Origin: an uncultured Alphaproteobacteria bacterium
GTDB taxonomy: Bacteria; Pseudomonadota; Alphaproteobacteria; JAPOUT01; G958296285
Length of the DNA stretch: 64,000 bases
NCBI GenBank assembly: GCA_958296285.1
Contig: OY282459.1
Span: 258,367 to 322,366, forward strand
Direction of reading: 5' to 3'
A program made the translations under genes and the position numbers. The notes below the pieces were generated by a model. The model was not told the origin of the DNA and ran no database searches. It was given only the letters and a program-made list of their open reading frames with translations. This document shows positions 29,308-40,144 of this stretch, piece by piece. Positions within the stretch are counted from its first letter, which is position 1. Each line of letters opens with the position of its first letter.

Positions 29308-30381
29308 ATGGTGTCGGCGGAGGCGCGGGCGCGTTTGTTGGCGCGCTTCGCGGATTTGGAGACGCGGCTGGGCGCGAGCGATCCTGCCGGCGCGGATTAT
29401 GCGAGATTGTCCAAAGATTGGGCGGCGCTTCGCGCCGCCGCCGATCTGGCGCGGCGGATTGACGCGCTGGCGCGGGAGTTTGAGGCGCTGGAGGCGATGC
29501 GGCGCGAGGCGGCGGGCGACAGGGAGATGATCGCTTTGGCGGAGGAGGAGGCGCGCGCCATTCTCGCGCGGCGCGAGGCTTTGGAGGCGGAGTTGGCGCG
29601 GGCGATGGCGGCGGGCGGCGCGGCGGGCGATGGGGGCGATGAGGATGATGCGATAGGCTCTGTGATTTTGGAGATTCGCGCCGGGACGGGCGGCGAGGAG
29701 GCGGCGCTTTTCGCTGGGGATTTGATGCGGATGTATCAGCGTTATGCGGCGTCTCGGGGTTGGCTTGTGGAGATTCTCAATCTTTCGGAGTCGGAGACGG
29801 GGGGGGCGCGCGAGGCGATTTTGTCCATTGGCGGGGCTGAGGTTTTTCGGCGTTTGCGGTTTGAATCGGGCGTTCATCGGGTTCAGCGCGTGCCGGTGAC
29901 GGAATCGGGCGGGAGGATTCACACTTCGGCGGCGACTGTCGCTGTTTTGCCGCAGCCTGAGGAGCGCGAGGTAGAGATTGTGGAGAAGGATCTTCGGATA
30001 GATGTTTTTCGGGCGCGGGGTCCGGGCGGGCAGTCTGTGAATACGACGGACAGCGCGGTTCGGATCACGCATATTCCGAGCGGCATTGTTGTGGCGCAGC
30101 AGGATGAGAAGTCGCAGCATCGCAATAAGGCGAAGGCGTTGCGCGTTTTGCGGGCGCGGCTTTATGAGCGCGAGCGGGAGGCGGCGCGGGTTGCGCGCGA
30201 TGAGGCTCGGCGCGGGCAGATTGGCACTGGTGATCGTTCGGAGCGGATTCGGACGTATAATTTTCCACAGAACAGGGTTAGCGATCATCGGATTCGTTTG
30301 ACGGTTCGGAAGTTGGATATGGTTTTGGATGGGGCTTTGGATTTGGTTGTGGGGCCGTTGCTGGAGTCGCGGACGGATTGA
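29308..30381 (+). CDS. prfA: peptide chain release factor 1
   Basis: GGQ motif ([23 protein letters not shown]) and RF-1 tripeptide region. The upstream Met at 29149 overlaps ispG and is unlikely. Confidence 0.9.
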   Translation: MVSAEARARLLARFADLETRLGASDPAGADYARLSKDWAALRAAADLARRIDALAREFEALEAMRREAAGDREMIALAEEEARAILARREALEAELARAMAAGGAAGDGGDEDDAIGSVILEIRAGTGGEEAALFAGDLMRMYQRYAASRGWLVEILNLSESETGGAREAILSIGGAEVFRRLRFESGVHRVQRVPVTESGGRIHTSAATVAVLPQPEEREVEIVEKDLRIDVFRARGPGGQSVNTTDSAVRITHIPSGIVVAQQDEKSQHRNKAKALRVLRARLYEREREAARVARDEARRGQIGTGDRSERIRTYNFPQNRVSDHRIRLTVRKLDMVLDGALDLVVGPLLESRTD

Positions 30382-30384
30382 CAT

Positions 30385-30695
30385 GCTCCCGTGAAGGGGG
30401 GTTTGGGGGGCTAGCCCCCCAAGAAAGGGGGGGTCGGGGGGAATCCCCCCCGAAAGCGCGTGGGTGGGGTGGGGGAAAAGCATTTGCGAAGCGAGAGTAG
30501 CGAGCGAGCAAATGCGACCCCACCCACGCGCCCCCTGCTAGAAGAGCTCTTGCGATGCAGGGGGGTCGGCGGGCTTTCTCGCGGGCTTGCCTGCGGCTTC
30601 GCCCGCTTCGTTTCGCCACGCCCGCCGACTTTTCGGGGGTTTCCCCCGAACCCCCTTTTTTCAAGGGGGGCAAGCCCCCCTTGACCCCCCTTTAT
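30385..30695. repeat. palindromic repeat element, copy 5 (reverse orientation)
   Basis: Same family in inverted orientation (GCGTGGGTGGG... precedes ...GCTTCGTTTCGCCACGCCCGCCGACT). Intergenic prfA/prmC. Confidence 0.85.
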
Positions 30696-30724
30696 CGGAG
30701 CCAAGAAACCGATACACTGCCCAA

Positions 30725-31582
30725 ATGACAAACAAACCCCTCCCCAAAGACGCCCGCCTCTGCGCAGCAAAACTCCGCCAAATCTTCCAAAACGCCAACA
30801 TCAAAACACCCGCCCTAGACGCACAAATCCTCACAGCCCACGCCGCCAAACAAACCCCCGAAACTATCCTCTCACAAAAAATAACCCTCCCCCAAAAAAC
30901 ACGCCAATGGCTCCAAAAAGCCGCGCAAAAACGAATCCAAGGCGAACCAATCTCACGAATCATAAAACGCCGAAATTTCTGGAAAACCTCCTTCGCCATC
31001 AACCCCCACGTCCTAGACCCACGACCCGAAAGCGAAACCATCATAGAAGCCGCCCTCGCCAAAATATCCAAAAATCAACCCGCCACAATCCTAGACCTCG
31101 GCATAGGAAGCGGATGCCTCCTCCTCTCCCTATTGCGCGAAATGCCCAAAGCCAAGGGCATCGGCATAGACCTCTCGCATCAAGCCCTGCGAACAGCCCA
31201 AAAAAACGCCGCCGCGCAAAATCTCGCGCCCCGCGCCCGCTTCATCAACGGCAATTGGGGCGAAGCCCTCGCCCCCGCCTCCTTCCATATCATCCTCGCC
31301 AACCCCCCCTACATCCCAACAGACCATCTGCCGCATCTGCCAGCCGAAGCAAAGCGCGATCCGCCCCTCGCCCTGGACGGCGGCAAAGACGGGATCCGCG
31401 CCTTCGCCCAAATCCTTCCGCAAATCGCGCCCCTCCTAACCCCAAACGGCTTCGCCGTATTAGAAATCGGCGCCGGACAACTCAACCCCCTGCGCCGCCT
31501 CGCCGCCAAAGCCTCGCTCCGTCTGGATAAAATCACGCCAGACCTCTCCCATATCCCGCGCGCCCTCACCCTGACCCGATGA
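30725..31582 (+). CDS. prmC: release factor glutamine N5-methyltransferase PrmC (HemK)
   Basis: NPPY motif (ILANPPYIPT). SAM-binding LDLGIGSGCLLLSL. The start is most likely MTNKPLP (30725); the upstream part of the ORF lies in the repeat. Confidence 0.85.
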   Translation: MTNKPLPKDARLCAAKLRQIFQNANIKTPALDAQILTAHAAKQTPETILSQKITLPQKTRQWLQKAAQKRIQGEPISRIIKRRNFWKTSFAINPHVLDPRPESETIIEAALAKISKNQPATILDLGIGSGCLLLSLLREMPKAKGIGIDLSHQALRTAQKNAAAQNLAPRARFINGNWGEALAPASFHIILANPPYIPTDHLPHLPAEAKRDPPLALDGGKDGIRAFAQILPQIAPLLTPNGFAVLEIGAGQLNPLRRLAAKASLRLDKITPDLSHIPRALTLTR

Positions 31583-31824
31583 CGCGATGACGCGATAAAG
31601 CTTGATTATTCCACGCGCCATGCTAACATTTCGGACAGAAGACGAGGACATCGCCGAGGAGATCGCAAGAACACGATCCCGCATAACGTTTCTGAAGCGC
31701 GAAAAAGATTCATCACCCGCGCCGCCGCGCCCCGCGCGCTTGGCGCTCTGTTTCCGTTCCTCATCCCCGAGCCTCCGCGCCCCAAGCCACCACCACATAT
31801 CACCCCATAGGAGAGTCAAGAATC

Positions 31825-32247
31825 ATGCGACAAGGACAAAATCCGAAATGGATGCGCGGGCGAAAACCGCGACCACAAAATATGGCGTCCCGTATGTTTG
31901 AAAGCAACGGGCCAGACGTCAAATTGCGCGGCACAACCTCCCATATCTGCAAGCGCTACCAAATGCTCGCCCGCGACGCCCAAAGCCAAGGGGATCGCGT
32001 GAGGGCGGAGAATTATCTGCAGCATGCCGAGCATTATTATCGGATGGCGCTGAGTTTCCAAAGACAGGGCGCGAGCGCGGGGGGCGCGGGCGCGCCGCCG
32101 CCGCGCGCCGCCGAGCCGCCGCAGCACGAGATGGAGCAGCCGGAAGCCCATGCGGCGAACGGCAATTTCGCGCCAGAAGGTTTTAAAGAGAGAGAGCAGC
32201 CTCCCCTCGCCAAAGAGGAAGCCTCGCAAGAGAACTCCGAAAACTGA
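31825..32247 (+). CDS. DUF4167 domain protein (conserved alphaproteobacterial, follows prmC)
   Basis: Sequence MRQGQNPKWMRGRKPRP...RYQMLARDAQSQGDRVRAENYLQHAEHYYRM matches the DUF4167 family typically found downstream of hemK/prmC. Confidence 0.65.
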   Translation: MRQGQNPKWMRGRKPRPQNMASRMFESNGPDVKLRGTTSHICKRYQMLARDAQSQGDRVRAENYLQHAEHYYRMALSFQRQGASAGGAGAPPPRAAEPPQHEMEQPEAHAANGNFAPEGFKEREQPPLAKEEASQENSEN

Positions 32248-32264
32248 TCCGCCTGTCGCCGGCT

Positions 32265-32293
32265 CTTGCGCCATAGGGCAAGAATCCCCATCT
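32265..32293 (+). promoter_or_regulatory. putative sigma-32 (RpoH)-type promoter upstream of clpB
   Basis: CTTGCGC (32265-32271), 14-nt spacer, CCCCATCT (32286-32293). This resembles the CTTGAAA-N13-15-CCCCATNT heat-shock promoter consensus. It lies only ~8 nt before the annotated ATG, so the start or the promoter call is uncertain. Confidence 0.3.
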
Positions 32294-32300
32294 CTTCCCT

Positions 32301-34907
32301 ATGATGAGGCAGGACAATTACACCGAAAAAACGCTGGACGCGCTCCGCGCCGCCGAAACGCTGGCGCAAGAGAGAGGCCATGCCGAAATCGCCCCTCTTC
32401 ATCTCGCCGCCGCTCTCCTCTCGGAAAAGAGCGGCTTGGCGGCGAGGCTTCTCTCCGCCGCCGGCGCGTCTCCCGCCGCGCTGAAAGAAGCCATAGAGAC
32501 GGCGCTGGCGAATCTGCCGCGCCAAAAAGGCTCCGCCGCCCAAAGCCATGCCACCCCGGCGCTCTCGGCGCTTCTCAAGGAGGCGCGCGCCATCGCCGAA
32601 GCGCAAGGCGATTCGCATCTGGCGCTGGACACGCTCCTCGTTGCGCTCGCGCGCCACGCGCCGCCGCCGCTTTCAGAGATTTTCCGCGAAGCGGGGCTGA
32701 GCGATCGCGAGATCCAAGAGGCTTGCCAAAATCTTCGCATGGGGCGCGCCAGTCAAAGCGCCTCGGCGGAGGAAACTTATGAGGCGCTCCAAAAATACGC
32801 CCGCGATCTGACCGAAGAGGCGAGGAAAGGAAAACTAGACCCCGTCATCGGGCGCGATGAGGAAATCCGCCGCGCCATGCAGGTCTTGTCGCGCCGAACG
32901 AAAAACAATCCCGTCCTGATCGGCGCGCCCGGAGTCGGCAAGACCGCCATCGCCGAAGGCTTGGCGCTCCGCATCGTCCGACAGGATGTGCCGCGAAGTC
33001 TGGCGCGGAAGCGAATCTTGGCGCTGGATATGGGCGCGCTTGTGGCAGGCGCGAAATATCACGGCGAGTTTGAGGAGCGTCTGAAGGCGGTCTTGGGCGA
33101 GATTGTCGCGGCGGGGGATGTCGTGCTTTTTATAGACGAGATGCATATGCTGATCGGCGCCGGGCGCGCCGGCGGCGCGATGGACGCCTCCAACCTTCTC
33201 AAGCCGGAACTGGCGCGCGGCGCGCTCCGCTGCATCGGCGCCACCACGCTGGACGAATATCGCGAGCATGTGGAGAAGGATGCTGCGCTCGCCAGACGCT
33301 TCCAGCCCGTCTATGTCCAAGAGCCGAGCCGCGAGGACGCCGTCTCCATTCTCCGCGGCTTGAAGGAGAAATATGAGACTCATCATGGCGTCCGCATCGC
33401 CGATGGCGCGCTCATCGCCGCGGCGGAACTGTCCGAGCGCTATATTCACGATCGCTTCCTTCCTGACAAGGCGATTGATCTGATGGACGAGGCGGCGAGC
33501 CGCGTTCGGATGCAGATGGATTCGCGCCCCGAAGCGCTGGACGAGATGGAGCGCCGTCTGGTTCAGCTGAAGATAGAGCGCGAAGCGCTCGCCCGCGAGA
33601 AGGACGCCGCATCCCAATCGCGTCTTCGGGCGCTTGAGAAAGAGATCGCCGCGCTGGAAGACGCCGCCGCAAAGCGCCGCGCTTTATGGGACGCCAGCCA
33701 AGAGAGAAGCCAAAAAGCGCGAGAAACCCGCGCCCGTTTGGAAGAGGCGCAGACGGCGTTGGAGCGCGCCACGAGGGACGGCGATTTTGAGCGCGCCGGA
33801 GAAATCGCCCATAAGATCATTCCTGATTTGGAGAGAAGGCTCTCCGCGCCGCCGGCGGCGGATGCGGCTGATGCGGCGGATGCGGCTGATGACAGAGAGT
33901 TGGAGATTGTCCGCGCCGAGGATATTGCCTCTGTCCTTGCCCGATGGACGGGAATCCCGGTGGAGACGATGCTGGAGGGCGAGCGCGAGAAACTTTTGCG
34001 CTTGGAGGAGACTCTCGCCCAATGGGTTGTCGGGCAGAAGGAGGCGATTGGCGCGATTGCGCGCGCCGTTCGCCGACAGAGGGGCGGGCTTCAGGATCCG
34101 GATCGTCCGATTGGCGCGTTTCTTTTGATGGGGCCGACTGGCGTTGGCAAGACGGAACTTGCCAAATCTTTGGCGCGCGCGCTTTTTCAAGATTCTCGCG
34201 CCCTGTTGCGGATGGACATGTCGGAATATATGGAAAAGCATGCGGTCGCGCGGTTGATTGGCGCGCCGCCGGGCTATGTGGGTTATGAGGAGGGGGGCGC
34301 TTTGACGGAATCTGTTCGCCGCAGACCTTATCAGGTCATTCTTTTGGATGAGATTGAGAAGGCGCATCCTGATCTTTTCAACCTTCTTTTGCAGCTTTTG
34401 GATGAGGGGCGCTTGACGGATGGTCATGGGCGTTTGGTGGATTTCAAGAATTGTTTGATTTTGATGACGTCCAATTTGGGGGCGGATCATTTGGCGCGGG
34501 CGGAGGCGCCTGACAGGGAGCGTTTGATGGGGGAGTTGCGCGGATTTTTTCGCCCTGAATTTTTGAATCGCTTGGATGAGGTTCTGATGTTTGACAGGCT
34601 TTCGCGCGAGGAGGTGGATGCGATTGTTGGGCTTCAGATTGGGCGGTTGAATGAGAGGCTTGCGGCGCGGGGTCTTCGTTTGCGGTTGGAGGATGGGGCT
34701 CGCCGTTGGATTGGGGATAGGGGTTATGATCCTGTTTATGGGGCGAGGCCTTTGAAGCGGGTGATTCGCGGTGAGATTGAGGATGGTCTTTCGGAGGAGA
34801 TTTTGAGGGGGTTGTTGGTTTCGGGGGATGAGGTTGTGGTTTCTGTGAAGGGGGATGGTCTTGTTTTGAGGAGGGAGGCGGGGGGTCGCGGCGAGGAGGC
34901 GGCTTGA
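32301..34907 (+). CDS. clpB: ATP-dependent chaperone ClpB
   Basis: Clp N domain. Two AAA+ modules ([13 protein letters not shown].., [15 protein letters not shown]). Long middle coiled coil. 868 aa. Contains an (AAD)n insertion. Confidence 0.95.
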   Translation: MMRQDNYTEKTLDALRAAETLAQERGHAEIAPLHLAAALLSEKSGLAARLLSAAGASPAALKEAIETALANLPRQKGSAAQSHATPALSALLKEARAIAEAQGDSHLALDTLLVALARHAPPPLSEIFREAGLSDREIQEACQNLRMGRASQSASAEETYEALQKYARDLTEEARKGKLDPVIGRDEEIRRAMQVLSRRTKNNPVLIGAPGVGKTAIAEGLALRIVRQDVPRSLARKRILALDMGALVAGAKYHGEFEERLKAVLGEIVAAGDVVLFIDEMHMLIGAGRAGGAMDASNLLKPELARGALRCIGATTLDEYREHVEKDAALARRFQPVYVQEPSREDAVSILRGLKEKYETHHGVRIADGALIAAAELSERYIHDRFLPDKAIDLMDEAASRVRMQMDSRPEALDEMERRLVQLKIEREALAREKDAASQSRLRALEKEIAALEDAAAKRRALWDASQERSQKARETRARLEEAQTALERATRDGDFERAGEIAHKIIPDLERRLSAPPAADAADAADAADDRELEIVRAEDIASVLARWTGIPVETMLEGEREKLLRLEETLAQWVVGQKEAIGAIARAVRRQRGGLQDPDRPIGAFLLMGPTGVGKTELAKSLARALFQDSRALLRMDMSEYMEKHAVARLIGAPPGYVGYEEGGALTESVRRRPYQVILLDEIEKAHPDLFNLLLQLLDEGRLTDGHGRLVDFKNCLILMTSNLGADHLARAEAPDRERLMGELRGFFRPEFLNRLDEVLMFDRLSREEVDAIVGLQIGRLNERLAARGLRLRLEDGARRWIGDRGYDPVYGARPLKRVIRGEIEDGLSEEILRGLLVSGDEVVVSVKGDGLVLRREAGGRGEEAA

Positions 34908-35215
34908 AAAAAGGGGGGTGTGGGGGGCGAAGCCCCCCACGAAGAAGGGGGGGATCGGGGGGGAATCCCCCCCGAAAACGCGTGGGTGGGTGGGAAAAGA
35001 GCTTTTCCGAGCAAGCGCAGCGCAGCGAGGAAAAGCGACCCACCCACGCGCCCCCTGAACGCCAAGAGCTCTCGTAGCAGGGGGGTCGGCGGGCTTTCTC
35101 GCAGGCTCGCGCTACGCGCTTCGCCTGCTTCGTTTCGCCACGCCCGCCGACTTTTCGGGGGTTTCCCCCGAACCCCCTTTTCTTGGGGGAACTTCGTTCC
35201 CCCAAACCCCCTTTT
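34907..35215. repeat. palindromic repeat element, copy 6 (reverse)
   Basis: Same family. Intergenic clpB/M23 peptidase. Confidence 0.85.
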
Positions 35216-36730
35216 TTAACGCAGCCGCGCCGCAACCGCCCCCCGAGACAAAGGCAATCCCTCAAACCGAGCCGTAATCTCACGCCGAGACGCCCGAAAC
35301 AACGCCATCTCATCATCAGACAAAACCTCACGCGGCAATGCCACCCGAAGCGGATCCCGACGCCGACTATATTTCAAAATCTCATAATGCAAATGCGCCC
35401 CCGTAGAACGCCCCGTAGAACCCACAAACCCAATCGTCTCGCCCTGACGAACAAACCGCCCCTTCCCTATGCCCGCGCGAAACTTCCACAAATGCGCGTA
35501 AGCCGTCTGATATCCCCCCCTATGCCGAATGCGAATGTAATTGCCATAAGCGCCCAAACGACCCGCATCCTCCACAACCCCATCGCCCGCCGCATAAACA
35601 GGCGTCCCGCGAGGCGCGGCGAAATCTATGCCGCGATGCATCCGCGAATAACCCAAAATCGGATGCCGCCGCATCCCAAAATGCGAGGAAATCCGCGCCC
35701 CATCCAAAGGCGTCTTCATCAAAAGACCAATCACAGGACGACCATCGCGATCATAAAACGCGCCCCTCTCGCCGTCAGACGGATAACGCCAAATCTCATG
35801 CGCCTTCGCGCCGCGCCGCAGCCTCAGCCGCGCGTAAAGAAGACGACCCCCCGCGCCATAAGCAATCAAATCGCCCTCCTTGTCATAATGAAGCGCGTAA
35901 AGAGCGTCAAAAGAATCGCCGCGCCGCAACTCATGCTGAAACGCCACAATATGACTGAACACGCGAACAATCTTCTGAATCATCCCCGCCGGCACGCCCG
36001 CCCGCTTCGCGGATGTGAAAAAATCCGACTCTATCAAAACGCGAACCCGAAACAATCGCGTCTGAAGAGGCAGATTCTCCTTCTCCGAAATGTAAAAACG
36101 ATCGCTGGCGCGCTTCAGCGCGATCGCCGTGTCCGGACTCGGACGCAGCCGCATCGCCAAAAGAGTCCGCTTCGGAACGCCGCCCTCGGCGGCAGGCGCG
36201 AAGGCGAAATCCATAAACAATTTCTGCCCGGCGCGCACAAGATTCGGATCCAAATGTTTTCCCAAAGCCCGAAGAGCGCTCTCTATCTGCCTCGGGCGAA
36301 CATGGTTGCGCGCCAAAAGAGTCCAAAGAGTCTCCCCTTCCCGAAGCGCCAGCGCGCGCCTCTGCACAGTGCCGGGCGCGCGCAAGAAAGGCGCGCGCGG
36401 CGCGCGCACCAATTTTTTTCTCAGAACCTCTTTCAAATCGGCGCGGCGAGAAAAAGCGTCCGCCCGCGCCGCTTTCATCCTAACCCCAATGTCTCGCGCC
36501 TGAGCCTGCGCCCTCTCCTCAAGAATGCGCTCATCGGCGCGGCGCGGCGCGTCTCGCGCCGAGAGAATGAGCGGCGCGAAAAGCGCGGCAAAGGCAAGAT
36601 AGGCGAATCGCGCCCAAAACATCTCTCGCCAAAGATGACGCGCTTTTTCAAGCTTTATGCCCACCTTTTTCCTCCAAAGCGGAAGCGGAATTTGTCGCGG
36701 CGACAACGCCGGAAAGAGAAATTTTAGCAA
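35216..36730 (-). CDS. M23-family metallopeptidase (LytM-type)
   Basis: HRGIDFAAPRGTPVYAAGDGVV ... GSTGRSTGAHLHYE (HxxxD and HxH M23 motifs). N-terminal TM/signal. Confidence 0.8.
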   Translation of the reverse strand: MLKFLFPALSPRQIPLPLWRKKVGIKLEKARHLWREMFWARFAYLAFAALFAPLILSARDAPRRADERILEERAQAQARDIGVRMKAARADAFSRRADLKEVLRKKLVRAPRAPFLRAPGTVQRRALALREGETLWTLLARNHVRPRQIESALRALGKHLDPNLVRAGQKLFMDFAFAPAAEGGVPKRTLLAMRLRPSPDTAIALKRASDRFYISEKENLPLQTRLFRVRVLIESDFFTSAKRAGVPAGMIQKIVRVFSHIVAFQHELRRGDSFDALYALHYDKEGDLIAYGAGGRLLYARLRLRRGAKAHEIWRYPSDGERGAFYDRDGRPVIGLLMKTPLDGARISSHFGMRRHPILGYSRMHRGIDFAAPRGTPVYAAGDGVVEDAGRLGAYGNYIRIRHRGGYQTAYAHLWKFRAGIGKGRFVRQGETIGFVGSTGRSTGAHLHYEILKYSRRRDPLRVALPREVLSDDEMALFRASRREITARFEGLPLSRGAVAARLR

Positions 36731-36755
36731 AATCTGTGGAAAAGTCCAAATGCCT

Positions 36756-37820
36756 CTAAAAGAAGAACGGCGTCAGAAAAGCCCGCGACACGGCTTCCGC
36801 CATCAAAGCGAGCGCGATGAGCGCCCCGCAAAGGCGGTTGGAGCGAAAAAGAGAGAGCGCCGAAGAAACGCCCTCCCTCTCCAAACGCCGCAGCTGAAAG
36901 ACGAAATGCCCCGCCGCCGGCGCCAGGCAGAGATAATAAACCGCGCCAGCCTCCAAAAAAATCCCCGCCGCCAAAAGACAAAGACAAGACGCGCCATAAA
37001 AACAGGCAACCCCATGCCAAAACCGATCGCCAAGAATAAGCGCCGAAGATTTGACGCCAATAAGAGCGTCCGTGTCTCTGTCTTGGAGCGCGTAGATCGT
37101 GTCATAGCCGAGCGTCCAAAAAATCCCCGCCGCGTAAAGACTCCATGCCGAAAAAGCGAGCGTCTCCGCTTCCGCCGCGAAGCCCATCAGCGCGCCCCAG
37201 TTAAAGACAAAGCCCAAAAAAATCTGAGGCCAATAGGTGATCCGCTTCATAAAAGGATAGAGCGCCACCAGACCCAAAGAGGCGATCCCTAGAGAAATGG
37301 CGAGCGCGTTCATCTGAAAAAGAACGACCGCGCCCAAGCCGCAGAGAATCACCAAGAAGAGGGCGGCGCGCATTAATGAGATTTCGCCTGTCGCCAAAGG
37401 GCGCTTCGCCGTCCGAGGCGTCCGCTTGTCAAAATCGCGATCCGCCATGTCGTTAAAGACGCAGCCGGCGCTCCGCATCAGAATCGCCCCCAGCGCGAAA
37501 AGCATGATCAGAAAAAAAGACGGCGCGCTCCGACCCGTCTCCAGCGCCGCCGCCGTCAAGCCCCAGAGACACGGCCAAAAAAGAAGCCAAATTCCAATCG
37601 GTCTGTCCAGCCGCGCCAAACGCAAATAAGGCTTCCAGACGGCAGGCGCGAAGCGATCCACAAGGTTGCGGCGAGGGGCGTCAGCGAGCCTATGGTCAGT
37701 GTCTTGCCTATCGGGCATAATGGCGCGGCGGGGAAGAGAGGAAGGCGCGCCATGATGACACAGAAGAAGCATGAAGAAAACCATCGCCCCCTCCGCCGAT
37801 GAAGCGCCGATGCTGCGCAA
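36756..37820 (-). CDS. ubiA: 4-hydroxybenzoate polyprenyltransferase (UbiA family)
   Basis: UbiA prenyltransferase motif NDMADRDFDKRTPRTAKRPLATGEIS and multi-TM layout. The start may be the internal MPDRQ. Confidence 0.85.
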   Translation of the reverse strand: MRSIGASSAEGAMVFFMLLLCHHGAPSSLPRRAIMPDRQDTDHRLADAPRRNLVDRFAPAVWKPYLRLARLDRPIGIWLLFWPCLWGLTAAALETGRSAPSFFLIMLFALGAILMRSAGCVFNDMADRDFDKRTPRTAKRPLATGEISLMRAALFLVILCGLGAVVLFQMNALAISLGIASLGLVALYPFMKRITYWPQIFLGFVFNWGALMGFAAEAETLAFSAWSLYAAGIFWTLGYDTIYALQDRDTDALIGVKSSALILGDRFWHGVACFYGASCLCLLAAGIFLEAGAVYYLCLAPAAGHFVFQLRRLEREGVSSALSLFRSNRLCGALIALALMAEAVSRAFLTPFFF

Positions 37821-39162
37821 GGGAGACCTCGCCGCCTATTTGGAAAAAGGCTGCCGCCCGAAAGAGCGGTTCCGAATCGGCACGGAGCATGAGAAATTCG
37901 GCTTCTCTCTGAAAAACCGCGCGCCCCTCGCCTATGGCGGCAAGACCGGAATGCGCGCGCTGCTCCAAAAATGGGCGCGGCGAGGCGAGGCGGAGCCTGT
38001 CATGGAAGACGGACATATTTTGGGCGTCCGCTTCTCCGAAAAAGAAGGCGGCGCCGTCTCGCTGGAGCCGGGGGGGCAGTTGGAACTGTCCGGCGCGCCG
38101 CGGGAGAATATCCATCAAACGAAAGACGAGCTGGACGACCATTTGGCGCAGCTCCGCGCTTTGTCCGATTCCTTCCAAATCGGCTTTCTCGCCCTCGCCT
38201 TCCCTCCCCATTGGAAAAGGACGGACATGTCGCCCGTTCCGAAAAAACGCTACGCGATCATGGCGGCGCATATGCTGAAGCGCGGGCGTTTGGGGCTGGA
38301 CATGATGTATAGAACGGCGACGACTCAGGTCAATTTGGATTTCAGTTCCGAAGAGGATATGCGGCGGAAAATGCGGGTCGCCGTGGCGCTGTCTCCGTTG
38401 GCGACGGCGCTTTTCGCGAACTCGCCCCTCTGCGATGGAAAAAATTCGGGCGTTCTCTCGCGCCGCGCCCTCTCTTGGCGCGACACCGATCCCGATCGCG
38501 CCGGCATGATTCCCTTCGTCTTTGACGAGGGGTTCGGCTTTGAGCGCTACGCCGATTACGCGCTGGACGTGCCGCTCTATTGCGTCCATCGCGGAGGCAG
38601 GACGATCTCGCTTGCCGGCGAATCTTTCAGACGCTTCATGGAGGGAAAGTTGGAGCCTCTGCCGCGCCAGCGCCCCACTTTGGCGGATTGGGAGGAGCAT
38701 CTGACGACTCTTTTTCCGGAGGCGCGTCTCAAGCGCTTCATGGAAATGCGGGGCGCGGATGTCGGGACGCCGGAAATGATCTGCGCGCTGGCCGCCTTCT
38801 GGACAGGACTTTTTTACGATTCCTCCGCGCTCCAAGAGGCCTCGGATCTGGTGGAAGATTGGACGGCGGAGGAGCGCGAGCGTCTCTATCAGGGCGTCTG
38901 CCGAGACGGGCTGGCGCTCCCCTTTCGCGGCGCGACTCTCAAAGAGATCGCCCTGCAGCTTTTAGAGATCGCCGAGAGAGGGCTGCGCCAGCGCCGCCGT
39001 CTCAATGAGAAAGGGCATGATGAGAGCGTCTATCTCAAACCCCTTCACGAGATCGCCCAAACCGGACAGGCCTCCGCCGCGCGTCTGTTGGAAAAATATC
39101 GGAATCTCTGGAAAGGGGACGCGATGCGCCTCTTTGACGATCCCGAGCATCGTTTTTTCTAG
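37771..39162 (+). CDS. gshA: glutamate--cysteine ligase (plant/alphaproteobacterial GCS2 type)
   Basis: ~460 aa. N-terminus KGCRPKERFRIGTEHEKFGF typical of GshA of alphaproteobacteria and plants. Confidence 0.85.
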   Translation: MKKTIAPSADEAPMLRKGDLAAYLEKGCRPKERFRIGTEHEKFGFSLKNRAPLAYGGKTGMRALLQKWARRGEAEPVMEDGHILGVRFSEKEGGAVSLEPGGQLELSGAPRENIHQTKDELDDHLAQLRALSDSFQIGFLALAFPPHWKRTDMSPVPKKRYAIMAAHMLKRGRLGLDMMYRTATTQVNLDFSSEEDMRRKMRVAVALSPLATALFANSPLCDGKNSGVLSRRALSWRDTDPDRAGMIPFVFDEGFGFERYADYALDVPLYCVHRGGRTISLAGESFRRFMEGKLEPLPRQRPTLADWEEHLTTLFPEARLKRFMEMRGADVGTPEMICALAAFWTGLFYDSSALQEASDLVEDWTAEERERLYQGVCRDGLALPFRGATLKEIALQLLEIAERGLRQRRRLNEKGHDESVYLKPLHEIAQTGQASAARLLEKYRNLWKGDAMRLFDDPEHRFF

Positions 39163-39173
39163 CGCGTTTTCCG

Positions 39174-40109
39174 TCAGCCGGGCGGCGCTTTGAGAAAAGG
39201 GCGCGCCCGCGCTCTTTTAATGGCGGACTGCAATTTCTCAAAGCCGCGCACTTCAATCTGCCGCACGCGCTCGCGGGAGACGCCGAAGCGCTGCGCCAAT
39301 TCGTCCAAAGTCGCCGGCGTCTCCTGCAGACGCCGCGCCGTCAGAATCTGCTGCTCTCTCTCATTGAGCGATTTCATCGCTTCGGCGAGGATGCGCCGCC
39401 GCCTTATCCATTCCTGATCTTCCATCAGCGTTTCTTCTTGATCCGCCTCTTCGCTGGGGAGCCAATCCTGACGCTCGCCGCCATCCTCGTCTCTGCCATA
39501 GGGCGCGTTCAGAGACGAATCGCCGCGCGTGAGCCGTCTGTTCATCATCACGACATCTTGTTCGGAGACGTCCAGTCGGCGCGCGATCGCGCGCACCTGA
39601 TCGGGCTTCATATCGCCGTCTCCATAGGCGGCGATCTCCTGCTTCGCCTTGGCGAGATTGAAGAAGAGTTTTTTCTGCGCGCTCGTCGTGCCGATCTTGA
39701 CGAGGCTCCAAGAGCGCAGCACATATTCTTGAATAGCCGCTCTTATCCACCAGACCGCATAGGTTGTCAGGCGGAAGCCTTTTTCGGGATCAAAGCGCTT
39801 GACGGCTTGCATCAGACCGATATTTCCTTCCGAGATGACCTCCGAGATCGGGAGACCGTAGCCGCGATAGCCCATCGCGATTTTGGCGACAAGGCGCAGA
39901 TGGCTTGTGACCAGCTTATGGGCGGCGTCTCTGTCCTGCTCGTCTCGCCAGCGTCTGGCGAGGGTGAACTCCTCCTCCTTCTCCAGCATCGGGAAGGCGC
40001 GAATCTCGCGCAGATATTGCGTCAGCCCGCCGGAATGGGAGAGGGCGGGCAGCGCCGCCGCGCGCGGCTTGGCTTTGGCGGATGGGCTTTTGGATTCGGG
40101 CTTTGTCAT
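39174..40109 (-). CDS. rpoH: RNA polymerase sigma-32 factor RpoH
   Basis: Sigma-70 regions 2 and 4, with the RpoH box. LMQAVKRFDPEKGFRLTTYAVWWIRAAIQEYVL matches RpoH region 2. Confidence 0.9.
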   Translation of the reverse strand: MTKPESKSPSAKAKPRAAALPALSHSGGLTQYLREIRAFPMLEKEEEFTLARRWRDEQDRDAAHKLVTSHLRLVAKIAMGYRGYGLPISEVISEGNIGLMQAVKRFDPEKGFRLTTYAVWWIRAAIQEYVLRSWSLVKIGTTSAQKKLFFNLAKAKQEIAAYGDGDMKPDQVRAIARRLDVSEQDVVMMNRRLTRGDSSLNAPYGRDEDGGERQDWLPSEEADQEETLMEDQEWIRRRRILAEAMKSLNEREQQILTARRLQETPATLDELAQRFGVSRERVRQIEVRGFEKLQSAIKRARARPFLKAPPG

Positions 40110-40144
40110 CGGGAGAGTCTAGCGCGGATTGAGACGGTCGGGCA

